Source: Alphaproteobacteria bacterium
GTDB lineage: Bacteria > Pseudomonadota > Alphaproteobacteria > SMXQ01
Length of the DNA stretch: 64,000 nt
Assembly (NCBI GenBank): GCA_038131655.1
Contig: JAYPPT010000002.1
Coordinates: 52,517-116,516 of the forward strand
Direction of reading: 5' to 3'
Part shown: positions 10,756-21,376 of the stretch, piece after piece
How positions within the stretch are numbered: the stretch's first letter is position 1
Layout: each line of letters starts with the position of its first letter
Program-made: the position numbers and the translations under genes
Notes under the pieces: generated by a model
The model's input: only the letters and a program-made list of their open reading frames with translations
What the model was told of the DNA's origin: nothing
The model's database searches: none

Positions 10756-11676
10756 GTGCAAGTACGGTTAATCCAGTTTGGAAGGAACGTCCCGTTGTCG
10801 GAATCGGAAGATCCCAGGGAAAGGCGATTGGTTCTTCGCCTGCTTGAACATTGGCGCGATCTCAGTGGAGATCGCGACATGCCCGCCGTTGCGGATATCA
10901 GCGGCGCGCAAATGTCCGACATGTGGGATTACTGCTTTCTTCTCGATCTTCGCGACGGCTCGCCCCGTTTCCTGCATTTCGGTGCCTGGCACGCGGAGTT
11001 CTACGGCAAGGACATGGCCGGGGCCTCGCTTGCGGATTTGACCAAGGATACGCTGGCGGAAAGATCCGCCCGTTATCTTGACGAGGTGCTGGCCCGCCGT
11101 GTTCCCATTACCTATGGTGCCGAAGCGGTCGAACCCGGCGGCCGCAAGATCCTGTACCGTTCGATCCTGATGCCCCTGTCCGAGGACGGTGACAAGATCA
11201 CCGGTATTCTCGGCGGCTCGAACTGCAAGCTCGTCGTCGACCCGGCGGTTGGTTGGGGGCTGATCATCATGGCAACGCTCAAGCTCTTTGAAATTCATAC
11301 CTTCCGTAACGGATCGTGGAAAATCGATTCGGTTTTCGATGACCGCGACCTAGCCTTGATGGAAGCCGACCGGATCGACCGGTCCAACCGGTATTCCGCC
11401 GTGCGTGTCATCGAGGAAACCTTTGACGAAGAAACGGAAAAGGGCGGCTCGCGCACCATCTTCCGTTCGACCAAGGCCGAGCGCATCAATGCGGCCAACA
11501 AGGCACGTCAGAGCCAGGGCATCAAGGTCGCGGCGCCACCACCGCCGGCCAAGCCGCCGAAGCGCAAGAAATCCATCACCAGCCAGCTGATCATCGGCTG
11601 TATCGTGATGTCGGTCATTGCGATTGGCGGCATCTTCCTGATCGATGTTCTCAACAGTCTCACCGGCGGGCGCTAA
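10756..11676 (+). CDS. Hypothetical protein with a PAS-like N-terminal region and a C-terminal Lys/Pro-rich segment plus TM anchor
   Basis: 306 aa ORF with coding-like composition. C-terminus is AAPPPPAKPPKRKKSITSQLIIGCIVMSVIAIGGIFLI. No confident family assignment; the true start may lie downstream of 10756. Confidence 0.5.
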   Translation: MQVRLIQFGRNVPLSESEDPRERRLVLRLLEHWRDLSGDRDMPAVADISGAQMSDMWDYCFLLDLRDGSPRFLHFGAWHAEFYGKDMAGASLADLTKDTLAERSARYLDEVLARRVPITYGAEAVEPGGRKILYRSILMPLSEDGDKITGILGGSNCKLVVDPAVGWGLIIMATLKLFEIHTFRNGSWKIDSVFDDRDLALMEADRIDRSNRYSAVRVIEETFDEETEKGGSRTIFRSTKAERINAANKARQSQGIKVAAPPPPAKPPKRKKSITSQLIIGCIVMSVIAIGGIFLIDVLNSLTGGR

Positions 11677-11795
11677 ACGTCGTATTCCGCCTCTTTCAGG
11701 CCCCCGCGAACCCTTGCACCCCGGGGTGCCACGCTCCATAATTGCGCCCCTGCATTGCGGCCAACCTGGCTTCGGGCCGCGTCTAAGGAGAGCGC

Positions 11796-12791
11796 ATGTC
11801 GGGCGAAATCACGATCAATGGCGAAACGCGCCCCCTGGTGGGTGCCGAGACGGTTTCCGCCGTACTTGAGGGCATGGGGCTCGACGGGCGCAAGGTCGCG
11901 GTCGAACTGAATCTTGAGATCGTGCCGAAGTCGGCTTACGGCGAGACCCGCGTGGCGCCGGGTGACAAGCTGGAAATCGTTCATTTTATCGGCGGCGGTG
12001 CCGACGATCTGGGCATGGCCGATCCCGATCCCCTCGAAATCGCTGGCGTCAGCTACCGCTCGCGCCTGCTGGTGGGAACCGGCAAGTACAAGGACTTCGA
12101 GGAAACCGCGCGGGCGATCGAGGCGTCCGGCGCGGAGATCGTTACCGTCGCCGTGCGGCGCGTCAACGTTACCGATCCGGGCCAGCCCATGCTGGTCGAT
12201 TACGTCGATCCCAAACGCTACACCTACCTGCCCAATACAGCGGGTTGCTATACCGCCGACGAGGCGGTGCGCACGCTGCGCCTGGCGCGGGAGGCCGGTG
12301 GATGGGATCTGGTCAAGCTCGAGGTGCTGGGCGACCAGAAAACGCTTTATCCCGACATGCCGGAAACGCTGCGCGCGGCCGAGATCCTGGTCAAGGAAGG
12401 CTTCAAGGTTATGGTCTACTGTGCCGACGACCCGATCCAGGCCAAGCGCCTGGAGGAACTGGGCTGCGTCGCCATCATGCCGCTGGCGGCGCCCATCGGC
12501 TCGGGCCTCGGAATCCAGAACCCGGTCACCATCCGCATCATCAAGGAAAATGCCTCGGTGCCGGTCCTGGTGGACGCGGGCGTGGGCACCGCTTCCGACG
12601 CGGCAGTGGCGATGGAACTGGGCTGTGACGGGGTCTTGATGAATACCGCCATCGCCGAGGCGGGCCAGCCGGTCGTCATGGCGCGGGCCATGAAGCTGGC
12701 GATCGAGGCGGGCCGGATGGCTTACCTGGCGGGCCGGATGCCAAAAAAACGCTATGCGGATCCGTCATCTCCGCTTGCGGGACTGATCTAG
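11796..12791 (+). CDS. thiG: ThiS-ThiG fusion (sulfur-carrier protein fused to thiazole synthase)
   Basis: Residues 1-68 end ...[10 protein letters not shown] (ThiS fold with Gly-Gly tail). They continue without a stop through the linker [11 protein letters not shown] into ThiG ([19 protein letters not shown]...). Confidence 0.8.
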   Translation: MSGEITINGETRPLVGAETVSAVLEGMGLDGRKVAVELNLEIVPKSAYGETRVAPGDKLEIVHFIGGGADDLGMADPDPLEIAGVSYRSRLLVGTGKYKDFEETARAIEASGAEIVTVAVRRVNVTDPGQPMLVDYVDPKRYTYLPNTAGCYTADEAVRTLRLAREAGGWDLVKLEVLGDQKTLYPDMPETLRAAEILVKEGFKVMVYCADDPIQAKRLEELGCVAIMPLAAPIGSGLGIQNPVTIRIIKENASVPVLVDAGVGTASDAAVAMELGCDGVLMNTAIAEAGQPVVMARAMKLAIEAGRMAYLAGRMPKKRYADPSSPLAGLI

Positions 12792-12858
12792 AGGTCTTAT
12801 ATACGGCCCCCTCGCGGGATGACCGGCCCCGCGGCCCGCCCCCGGAGGGGCACCGCAG

Positions 12859-13989
12859 ATGACAGACAAGATCAAGCGCTTCCTGGCTGAGCAGTGTCCC
12901 GAGACGCCTTGCCTCGTGATCGACGTGGACAAGATCGTCGACAATTACCGTACCCTGAAGCGCCATTTGCCGGCGGCCGACATCTATTACGCGATGAAGG
13001 CGAACCCGGCCGTGGAGGTTCTGCGTCCGCTGGTGCAAGAGGGCGCCAACTTCGATGCCGCGTCGATCTACGAGATCGAGCACGTGATGAAGTGCGGGGC
13101 CAAGGCCGCCAATATTTCTTTCGGCAATACCATCAAGAAGGAAGAGCACATCGCTGCGGCTTACGCGCGCGGGGTGAGAATGTTTGCCTTCGACAGCGCG
13201 GCGGAACTGGAAAAACTTTCCCGTGCCGCGCCCGGCGCGCGCGTCTTTTGCCGTATCCTGATGACCAATCCCGGCGCGCTGTGGCCGACCTCGCGCAAGT
13301 TCGGCTGCGATGTGGAAATGGCCCGCGATCTTCTGATCCAGGCCCGCGATCTTGGTCTCGATCCTTACGGCGTGTCCTTCCATGTCGGTTCCCAGCAGGT
13401 TGACCTGGGCCAGTGGGATATCGCGGTGGCGCGCACGCGCCTTTTGTTCACCGCGCTTGAGGATGCGGGCATTCGTCTCGGCATGGTCAATGTCGGCGGC
13501 GGTATGCCGGTGCGCTATCGTACCGATGTGCCGAGCCCCAAGCAGATTGCCGACGCGATCATGGAGGCCATGCACAAGCATTTCGGCAACCGCCTGCCGC
13601 GCCTGGTTGTCGAACCGGGCCGGGGCATGGCCGGCGATGCGGGTATCATCCTAGCGACGGTGGTGCTGATTTCCACCAAGTCGTATCTGGATGAAAAGCG
13701 TTGGGTCTATCTCGATGTCGGCAAGTTCGGCGGTCTTCCCGAAACCATGGGTGAATGCATCCGCTATCAGATCGAAACCGACCGCGATGGCGGCCCCACG
13801 GGCCCCGTGGTGCTGGCGGGGCCGACCTGCGACGAGGTTGACGTGATCTACGATCAGGCCGGTTACGAATTGCCGCTCGATCTGCAGGTTGGCGACAAGG
13901 TTCGCATTCTCGCCACCGGGGCTTATACTTCGACCTATTCGTCGGTGGCTTTCAACGGCTTCCCGCCGCTGCGCGAAATCTGCATCTGA
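12859..13989 (+). CDS. Type III PLP-dependent ornithine/lysine decarboxylase (eukaryotic-type ODC fold)
   Basis: 376 aa. Contains YAMKAN, GVSFHVGSQ and GPTCDE motifs. Confidence 0.85.
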   Translation: MTDKIKRFLAEQCPETPCLVIDVDKIVDNYRTLKRHLPAADIYYAMKANPAVEVLRPLVQEGANFDAASIYEIEHVMKCGAKAANISFGNTIKKEEHIAAAYARGVRMFAFDSAAELEKLSRAAPGARVFCRILMTNPGALWPTSRKFGCDVEMARDLLIQARDLGLDPYGVSFHVGSQQVDLGQWDIAVARTRLLFTALEDAGIRLGMVNVGGGMPVRYRTDVPSPKQIADAIMEAMHKHFGNRLPRLVVEPGRGMAGDAGIILATVVLISTKSYLDEKRWVYLDVGKFGGLPETMGECIRYQIETDRDGGPTGPVVLAGPTCDEVDVIYDQAGYELPLDLQVGDKVRILATGAYTSTYSSVAFNGFPPLREICI

Positions 13990-14015
13990 CCGGGAAGCCC
14001 GGAGCAACCGCTCGA

Positions 14016-14659
14016 TGGAGCTTTACGACTACTTCCGGTCCTCTGCCAGTTATCGCGTTCGCATCGGTCTCAACCTCAAGGGCCTCTCGCCGGAACGTCA
14101 TTTCGTTCATCTGACGCGCGACGGCGGCGAGCAGTTTTCCGAGGGGTTTTCCAGACTCAACCCGCAGCATCTGGTGCCGGTGCTGGTCGATAACGGCAAT
14201 GCCATCAGCCAGTCCCTGGCTATTCTTGAATATCTCGACGAAACCCATCCCGAACCGCCGTTCCTGCCGGCCGCCGCCGCCGCCCGGGCGCGGGTCCGGG
14301 CCATGGCGCTGGCCATCGCCTGTGACATTCATCCTCTCGATAACTTGCGGGTCCTGTTTTATCTCAGGGATGCCCTGGGTCAGGACGAAGAGGCGCGCAA
14401 CACCTGGTATCGTCACTGGGTGGCGAAAGGGCTTGAGGCGCTGGAAGCCGCGCTCGCGGGCGACAGGGCGACGGGCAGATTCTGTCACGGCGATACGCCG
14501 GGCCTTGCCGATATCTGCCTGGTACCGCAGATCTTCAATGCCAAGCGCTTCGACTGCCCGCTCGGGGGCTACCCCACGGTGATGCGGATTTTCGATGCCT
14601 GCATGGCGCTTCCCGCTTTCGATGCGGCCCAACCCGCCAATCAGCCCGACGCCGAATAA
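14016..14659 (+). CDS. maiA: Maleylacetoacetate isomerase (GST zeta family)
   Basis: MELYDYFRSSASYRVRIGLNLKG...SQSLAILEYLDE is typical of GST zeta. Confidence 0.8.
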
Positions 14660-14671
14660 CTCCCGGCGACG

Positions 14672-16015
14672 TCAGTCGGGCAGCTTGGCGGCCCGCTTGA
14701 TATCCTGCAACCGCAGCCAGGCCGACGAGGCCTTGTCCAGCCGCTTTTCCGCCCGCGTGGCGTGGCTGAGCGCATCCTTCTTGCGCCCGCGCCGGAGCGC
14801 GGCCTCGGCCTGGGAGAGCGCAGCAAGGCCAAGCTGGCCGTCGCGCCCATAGGCCAGCGCCAACTGGTCCCAGCCGAAGGCGTAGTCGGGATCAGCCTGG
14901 GTGACGAGCAGGAGGTTGCGGATCGCTTCCTTGGTCAGGGCCGGATCGTTGAGTTCAAGTTGCGACCGGGCCAGCCCAAGGCGCAGCAACGGCTCTTCGG
15001 GGGCCAGGCGCGTTGCTTCAGCGTTGGGGCCGACGGAATCGAGAATGCGCCCGTTTTCAAACAGCATCTGGCCCTTCAATTCGTGAAAAAACGGGTTCTT
15101 CGGTTCCGATGCGATCAGGTCATCGATCAGCGGCAGCGCCTTGTCGAGCGCGGCAATACGATATTGCGCGATGGCCCGGGCATAGCGGCCCGAAATGCTG
15201 TTGTCCCCGGCGTAGGTGCGGAGCACGGTCGTCGGATGCTCGATAAAGGCATAGAGCTTGGCGATCATGCGCCGGTGACGTTCCTCCAGCGCGGCCGCGG
15301 GCAGGGCGGCCTTGTAAGGTGAAGCCTTGAGGTGATCCTCCATCAGGCGCAAGCGGTCACGGGTCAGCGGATGGGTGCGTACGTAAGGGTCCTGATTTGT
15401 GCTGCTCAGGAATTCCTGGTTTTCCATGGTGCGCAGGAAATTATACAGCCCGGCCGCCGATTGCCCGGTGCGGTCCAGCAGCGTCAGCGCGGCCTGATCG
15501 GCGGCGCTTTCCTGTCCCCGGCTATAGGCGAGGATATTGCCGAGCAGCAGCCCTTGCCCGCCCTGGACGATGGCGGCCCCGGCATCGCCGCGTCCGGTGG
15601 CGACGGCGGTCAGCACGCCGAGGATGGTGGTCAGCGTGGACAGCCTGTTGGCAGTGTTGATCTGGCTGGAAAAGCGCGCGATATGCCCGCCGGCCAGGTG
15701 CCCGGTTTCATGGGCGATGACGCCGATAACCTCGCTCGCCGACCGGGTCTTGAGCAAGAACCCGGTATTGAAGAACATGTTCAGACCGCCCGCGACGAAG
15801 GCGTTAAGGGTACGATTGTTGATGATGTAGATATGAACATCGCGGGGATTCAGCCCAGCCGTCTCAAACAGTGGCGTTGCATAGGTGCGGATGGTATTTT
15901 CCACCTCCGCATCGCGGATCAGGGAGGCCGCACGGGCGTCATGCCCGGAGCTGCTCCAGAGCACCAGGGCAAATGCCAGAAAGAATGCTGCGCGCGTTCG
16001 TATGAGGCTTTTCAT
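14672..16015 (-). CDS. M48-family metalloprotease with C-terminal TPR repeats (BepA-like)
   Basis: Signal peptide, HETGHL zinc motif, TPR-like C-terminus. Confidence 0.8.
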   Translation of the reverse strand: MKSLIRTRAAFFLAFALVLWSSSGHDARAASLIRDAEVENTIRTYATPLFETAGLNPRDVHIYIINNRTLNAFVAGGLNMFFNTGFLLKTRSASEVIGVIAHETGHLAGGHIARFSSQINTANRLSTLTTILGVLTAVATGRGDAGAAIVQGGQGLLLGNILAYSRGQESAADQAALTLLDRTGQSAAGLYNFLRTMENQEFLSSTNQDPYVRTHPLTRDRLRLMEDHLKASPYKAALPAAALEERHRRMIAKLYAFIEHPTTVLRTYAGDNSISGRYARAIAQYRIAALDKALPLIDDLIASEPKNPFFHELKGQMLFENGRILDSVGPNAEATRLAPEEPLLRLGLARSQLELNDPALTKEAIRNLLLVTQADPDYAFGWDQLALAYGRDGQLGLAALSQAEAALRRGRKKDALSHATRAEKRLDKASSAWLRLQDIKRAAKLPD

Positions 16016-16094
16016 GACATCAATCGTCGGACGTTCCGCTAAACCTAGGCGCGGGCAGGGGTCCCGTCAAATCGCGCGCCGCCGCGTTGCGGCG

Positions 16095-17672
16095 ATGACG
16101 ATGCTGGCCATGCTTCTGGCTACCGGCGGTTGTAGCTCGATTGAGCGCACATTCGGCGGCACATTCGGCGCCGCCAAGGGATACGTCGAAGGCTTCAATG
16201 GCGCCGTTGCCGGCGACGAGCCACGCGCTGCCCTGGCCGCGCGTGAAGTCCTTACCGGGGGCGGTAATGCCACCGATGCCATGGTGGCGGCATACTTTAC
16301 CCTGGCGGTGACGCTGCCGTCCTCGGCCTCGCTGGGTTCGGGCGGTGCTTGCCTGTTGTGGGACAGGAACCGCAAGGTTGTTGATGCCCTTGATTTTACC
16401 CATTTCTCATCCGGTTCGCGTGCAGCCATCCCGGTGCCGATGAGCCCGCGCGGCATGCTGGCGCTTCATGCCAAGTATGGCCTTCGCCCCTGGAACCAGG
16501 TGCTTGGTCCCGCCGAAACCCTGGCCCGTATCGGCCATCCCGTCAGCCGGGCCCTGGCCCGTGCCCTGGCGGCGGCACCCGCGGTGCGGACCGATGCAGG
16601 ACTGGCTGCGATCTTCGCCGACAAATCGGGCAATCCCGTGGCCGAGGGCAGCAATCTGCGCCAAATCGCCCTGGCCGCGACCCTGAGCCGGATCCGCCGC
16701 AACCCGACCCGCTATCTTCAGGGGTCGTTTCCCCGGCGACTGGCGGCGGATTACCGGCGCGCGGGCGTTCCGATGACCGTGGACGACCTGAAGGCCGGCG
16801 TGCCGCGTTTCGTCAAGCCGGTGCAAATTACGCGCGGCAACCAGCAGGCATTCTTCCCGCCGATGCCGGGCGGGCTGGTCACGGCACAGCTATGGGCGAT
16901 GATCTACCGCGAGCGCGGCTGGGACCGCTCCGACAACGCCACGCGGGCGGAAATGCTGGTTGCGGCATCCAGGCGCGCCTACGCCGATGCGGGCCGCTGG
17001 TTCCATGCCCCCGGACCCGTCACCGGGGATCCCCAGGCTCTTGTCGGCGACGCCCGTATCGAGACCCTGTGGAAGTCTTATCGAGCTGGCCGCATCAGTC
17101 CTGTGAATGTTGCCGGCGGCGCCCCCGTGGGTGAGCCGGTGGATCAGGGATCGACCACGATCGTCACCGCCGATGCCTACGGTCAGTCCGTAGCCTGCGG
17201 CTTCACCATGAACGGTCTCATGGGCGCGGGCCGGGTGGCGCCGGAAACCGGCATCGTCATCGCGGCGCCGCCCGATCCCGCCGGACGCGGCTACCCCATG
17301 CTGGCGATGATGGGAGTTCGCCTGGAAAGCCACGACCAGCTTGAATACATGGGGGCCGGTAGCGGCAGCGGTGCGGTCCCGGTGACCCTGGCGGCGGGGG
17401 CAGCACGGGTGATCTTGCAAGGCGGCACCGCCGAATCCATTCTGGCCGCACCCCGGTTTTACCATCCGGCCCAACCGAACCGGGTGGTGATTGAAAACGC
17501 GGGCCTCGCCGACGTGGGCGCGCGCTTGCGCAAGCTCGGTCACGCGGTCGTGGGCGCGCCGTCGCTCGGACGCATGAACCTGCTGGTTTGCCCCGCCGGG
17601 TTCAATGGGCCGGGCAGCCAGTGTGACGTGCGGACCGACAGGCGCGGCTTCGGCCTAGCGCAACAGAACTGA
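16095..17672 (+). CDS. ggt: Gamma-glutamyltransferase family lipoprotein
   Basis: Start at MTMLAMLLATGGCSS (lipobox-like). GGT-family core with the conserved T in ...DQGSTTIVTAD... Confidence 0.75.
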   Translation: MTMLAMLLATGGCSSIERTFGGTFGAAKGYVEGFNGAVAGDEPRAALAAREVLTGGGNATDAMVAAYFTLAVTLPSSASLGSGGACLLWDRNRKVVDALDFTHFSSGSRAAIPVPMSPRGMLALHAKYGLRPWNQVLGPAETLARIGHPVSRALARALAAAPAVRTDAGLAAIFADKSGNPVAEGSNLRQIALAATLSRIRRNPTRYLQGSFPRRLAADYRRAGVPMTVDDLKAGVPRFVKPVQITRGNQQAFFPPMPGGLVTAQLWAMIYRERGWDRSDNATRAEMLVAASRRAYADAGRWFHAPGPVTGDPQALVGDARIETLWKSYRAGRISPVNVAGGAPVGEPVDQGSTTIVTADAYGQSVACGFTMNGLMGAGRVAPETGIVIAAPPDPAGRGYPMLAMMGVRLESHDQLEYMGAGSGSGAVPVTLAAGAARVILQGGTAESILAAPRFYHPAQPNRVVIENAGLADVGARLRKLGHAVVGAPSLGRMNLLVCPAGFNGPGSQCDVRTDRRGFGLAQQN

Positions 17673-17683
17673 TCGGCGGGAGC

Positions 17684-18847
17684 GTGGCGCTCAAGGTTTC
17701 CAATCGCGGGCGGATCGCGCCGTTCATCGTCATGGAAGTGATGGCGCGGGCCAATGCGCGGGCGGCGGCCGGTCACGATGTCATCCATCTTGAGGTGGGC
17801 CAGCCCTCCACCGGGGCGCCGGCGGGGGTGTTGGCTGCGGCCCAGGCGCACCTGGATACCGACCGTCTTGGATATACCGATGCCTTCGGCGTGCTCGCGT
17901 TGCGCCGCCGCATCGCCGATCACTACCGGGATCGTTACGGCCTGGCCCTTGATCCGGCGCGCATTGCCGTGACCACCGGTTCGTCGGGCGCGTTCATATT
18001 GGCCTTTCTCGCGGCTTTCGATGCGGGCGACCGGGTGGCTTTCGCCGCGCCCGGTTATCCGGGGTATCGCAATATCCTGACGGCCCTGGATATCGAGCCT
18101 GTGGTGCTGGCCGCCGCGCGCGAAGACGGCTTCCAGCCCACGGTAGCCTTGCTGGAGGCGCTGGAGACACCCCCCGATGGTCTTATCATTGCTTCACCCG
18201 CCAATCCCACGGGTTCGATGCTGGACGCGGCGGCGCTAACGGAACTGGCCGCATGGTGTCGCGCCCACGGCGTGCGCATGATTTCCGACGAGATTTATCA
18301 TGGCATCACTTTCGGCAAGGCGGCGACGAGCCTGGCCTCGATCGAACCCGATGCCGTCGTCATCAACAGTTTTTCCAAGTATTATTCGATGACGGGTTGG
18401 CGGCTCGGCTGGATGGTGGTGCCCGAAGACTTGTGCCGGGCTTGCGAATGTCTCGCCCAGAATCTCTTTATCTCGCCGCCGACGCTGTCGCAATTCGCTG
18501 GCACCCATGTTTTTTCCTGCACCGAGGAACTGGAACGCAACGTGCGCCGCTACGGCGAAAACCGTGACATCTTGCTTGAAGGATTGCCGCGGGCCGGTTT
18601 CGGTCCTTTCGCTCCCGCCGATGGCGCCTTTTACATCTATGCCGGAATCGGCGCGCTGGGCGACGACAGCGTCGAACTGGCGCGGGAAATTCTCGATGTG
18701 GCCGGCGTCGCCGTGACACCGGGTACGGATTTCGATGAAACCGGAGGCACCGGATTTATGCGCTTTTCCTACGCGGGATCGAACTCGGAAATGCGCGATG
18801 CGGTGACGCGGCTGGAGCGCTGGTCGCGCGAACGTAACCGGGACTAG
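17684..18847 (+). CDS. PLP-dependent aminotransferase (class I/II, aspartate aminotransferase-like)
   Basis: 387 aa. Motifs SFSKYYSMTGWRLGW and NPTGS. Confidence 0.8.
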   Translation: MALKVSNRGRIAPFIVMEVMARANARAAAGHDVIHLEVGQPSTGAPAGVLAAAQAHLDTDRLGYTDAFGVLALRRRIADHYRDRYGLALDPARIAVTTGSSGAFILAFLAAFDAGDRVAFAAPGYPGYRNILTALDIEPVVLAAAREDGFQPTVALLEALETPPDGLIIASPANPTGSMLDAAALTELAAWCRAHGVRMISDEIYHGITFGKAATSLASIEPDAVVINSFSKYYSMTGWRLGWMVVPEDLCRACECLAQNLFISPPTLSQFAGTHVFSCTEELERNVRRYGENRDILLEGLPRAGFGPFAPADGAFYIYAGIGALGDDSVELAREILDVAGVAVTPGTDFDETGGTGFMRFSYAGSNSEMRDAVTRLERWSRERNRD

Positions 18848-18857
18848 TCGGTTCCGG

Positions 18858-21376
18858 TCAAGTGCCGAAGCGGTTCCACCAGCCCTTGCGCTGGGGCGCT
18901 TTGGGCTTTTCAGAATCTGCTTGCGAAGCCCCGGCGGTTTCGGGCTCGGCGCGAGCCTCGTCAACGGAGACGACCTCGACCTCTGGCTCGGTGGGGGCGG
19001 GGGCGTCGGTGAGTTCTTCGGTAGCGACGACCGTGACGTCTTCTTCTTCTTCTTTTCGGCTTTCGGTTTCTTCTGTCCGGGGCTCATCGGCGACGGCATC
19101 GCTGTCGGTGCCTTCGTCCTGGGCGGGCGCCGCTGTCGCGGCTTCACCCTCGTTGTTGGCGGCTTCGCCTTCGTCCTCGCGCTTGCGGCCACGGCGGCGG
19201 CCGCCGCGACGCCCACGGCGGCGGCGCTTGGGCTTCTCTTCTTCCTCGTCGCCAGCGGCGCTTTCCCCGTCACCGGCGGGGGCGGCGTCTTCGGCTTCGG
19301 TTTCGGACTTGGTTGCGGGGGCGGCTTCGGCGGCGCTGTCCTCGCCTTCGCCTTCGTCGTCACGCTTGCGGCCACGGCGGCGGCGGCGACGACGGCGACG
19401 GGGGCCTTGTTCATCATTGCCCTCGCCTTCGGTGCGGCTTTCGTCCGCGGAACCTTCGGACTCATCGGCGGCTTCGTCGGCCGTTTCGTCCTCATCGGGC
19501 TCATCGATCACGGGGGCCGGGGCCCCTGCCGGCGCCGCGGTCAACGGACGGCCCTCGACGCGCTCGATTTCATGGGCGGGCGGGATCAGCCTGTCGTCAC
19601 CGGTGATAAGCACGCGGAACCCGTAGCGGGCTTCGATCTCGTTCAGCCGGTCGCGTTTCTGGTTAAGGATGTATAGCGCCACATCCACGGAAACCTTGAC
19701 GCGCAATTCCGTCGAGCGGCGGCGAATGCCTTCGTCCTCGATCACGCGCAGCACATGCAGCGCCGCTGATTCGGTGGAGCGGATTAGCCCCGTGCCCTCG
19801 CAGTGCGGGCAGGGTTGGGTAGAGGCTTCCGCCAGGCTCGGACGCAGCCGCTGGCGTGACAGTTCAAGCAGGCCGAAGGCGCTGATGCGGCCGATCTGGA
19901 TGCGTGCGCGGTCATTGCGCATCGCTTCCTTCATGCGGCGTTCGACCGTGTGCTGGTTGCGGTTTTCCGACATGTCGATGAAGTCGATCACGATCAGTCC
20001 GGCGAGATCGCGGAGCTTGAGCTGGCGTGCAATTTCTTCCGCCGCTTCGAGGTTGGTCTTGTAGGCCGTTTCCTCGATGTTGCGTTCGCGCGTGGCGCGG
20101 CCGAGTTGACGTCGATCGACACCAGGGCTTCAGTCGGGTTGATGACGATGTAGCCGCCGGACTTCAACTGCACGGTGGCCGAGTGCATCGCGTCAAGCTG
20201 GGTTTCAACCTGATAGCGATGGAACAGCGGAATTTCAGGGTCCCTGTAGGGCTGAACCTTCTTCGCATGGCTAGGCATCAGCATGCGCATGAATTCCTTG
20301 GCCGTGCGGTAGCCTTCATCGCCCTCGACCAGCACTTCGTCGATGTCCTTGGTGTAAAGGTCGCGGATCGAACGCTTGATCAGGTTGGCTTCTTCGTACA
20401 CCAGTGTCGGCGCAATCGAACTGAGGGTCAGTTCACGCGCCGTGTCCCATGCGCGCATGAGGAATTCAAAGTCGCGTTTCAGTTCGGCCTTCGATCGTTC
20501 CACCGCCGCCGTGCGCAGGATGATGGCCATCCCGTCGGGAATTTCCAGGTCCGAGAGCAGGGACTTGAGCCGCTTGCGGTCGCCCGCGCTGGTGATCTTG
20601 CGCGAAATGCCGCCGCCCTTGGCCGTGTTCGGCATCAGGACGCAGTAGCGTCCTGCCAGCGAGAGGTAGGTGGTCAGTGCCGCGCCCTTGTTGCCGCGTT
20701 CTTCCTTGACGACCTGGATCAGCAGGATCTGGCGCCGCTTGATGACTTCCTGGATCTTGTAGCGCTGGCGCTTGTGGCGCACCCGACGGCGTTCGGCGTG
20801 CTGGTCGGTTTCATCCTCGCCGCCCACTTCCTCGACCGGGTGGGGGGCGGCTTCAATGATCTCACCTTCCGGCGCCGGGGCATCGTCGTGGGCTTCCTGG
20901 GAATCTGCGGTGCTTTCCGCCGTCACGTCGCCATCGGCGGCGTCGGTTTCGCCATCGCCTTTGGGGGCATCGCCGTCGCCATCGCCATCGTCAGCGGCCG
21001 CTTCGGCTTCGGGCTCGGGCGGTGTCTGCTCCGTCACCTCGATGTCGTCGTCGACCTCGGCATCTTCCTCTGCCGCTTCCGCGGCCAGGGCCTCCTCGTG
21101 CTCGCGTATCAGCGCGGCGCGGTCGGCAACCGGGATCTGGTAGTAGTCGGGATGAATTTCGCTGAAGGCGAGAAAGCCGTGGCGGTTGCCGCCGAACTCC
21201 ACGAACGCCGCCTGAAGCGACGGTTCCACCCGCGTCACCTTGGCGAGGTAGATGTTGCCCTTGAGCTGCTTTTTCGTGGAAGTTTCAAAATCAAATTCTT
21301 CAAGACGCTTGCCGTTAAGGGCAACCACCCGCGTTTCTTCGGGATGGGTGGCGTCAATCAACATGCGCTTCGTCAT
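18858..21376 (-). pseudogene. rne: Ribonuclease E, split into two ORFs by an apparent -1 frameshift near nt 20101 (likely sequence artefact)
   Basis: N-terminal ORF 19994..21376 (S1 and catalytic domain: MTKRMLIDATHPEETRVVAL...). C-terminal ORF 18858..19991 (…LAGLIVIDFIDM…, Arg-rich and acidic tail). Back-translation shows one missing G at the junction. Confidence 0.85.
19165..19410. repeat. Internal direct repeat within rne encoding two Arg-rich (RRRRRGRKR-DEGE) RNA-binding segments
   Basis: Near-identical DNA tcgtc(c/g)tc(g/a)cgcttgcggccacggcggcgg occurs at ~19170 and ~19356. Confidence 0.4.

Noticed and set aside
11677-11795. Possible TPP (THI-box) riboswitch upstream of thiSG
   Set aside because: A GGGGTGCC and an AACCTGG-like segment are present, but the conserved CUGAGA core and the pyrophosphate-binding helix consensus are absent. 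Too weak to call without a covariance-model search.
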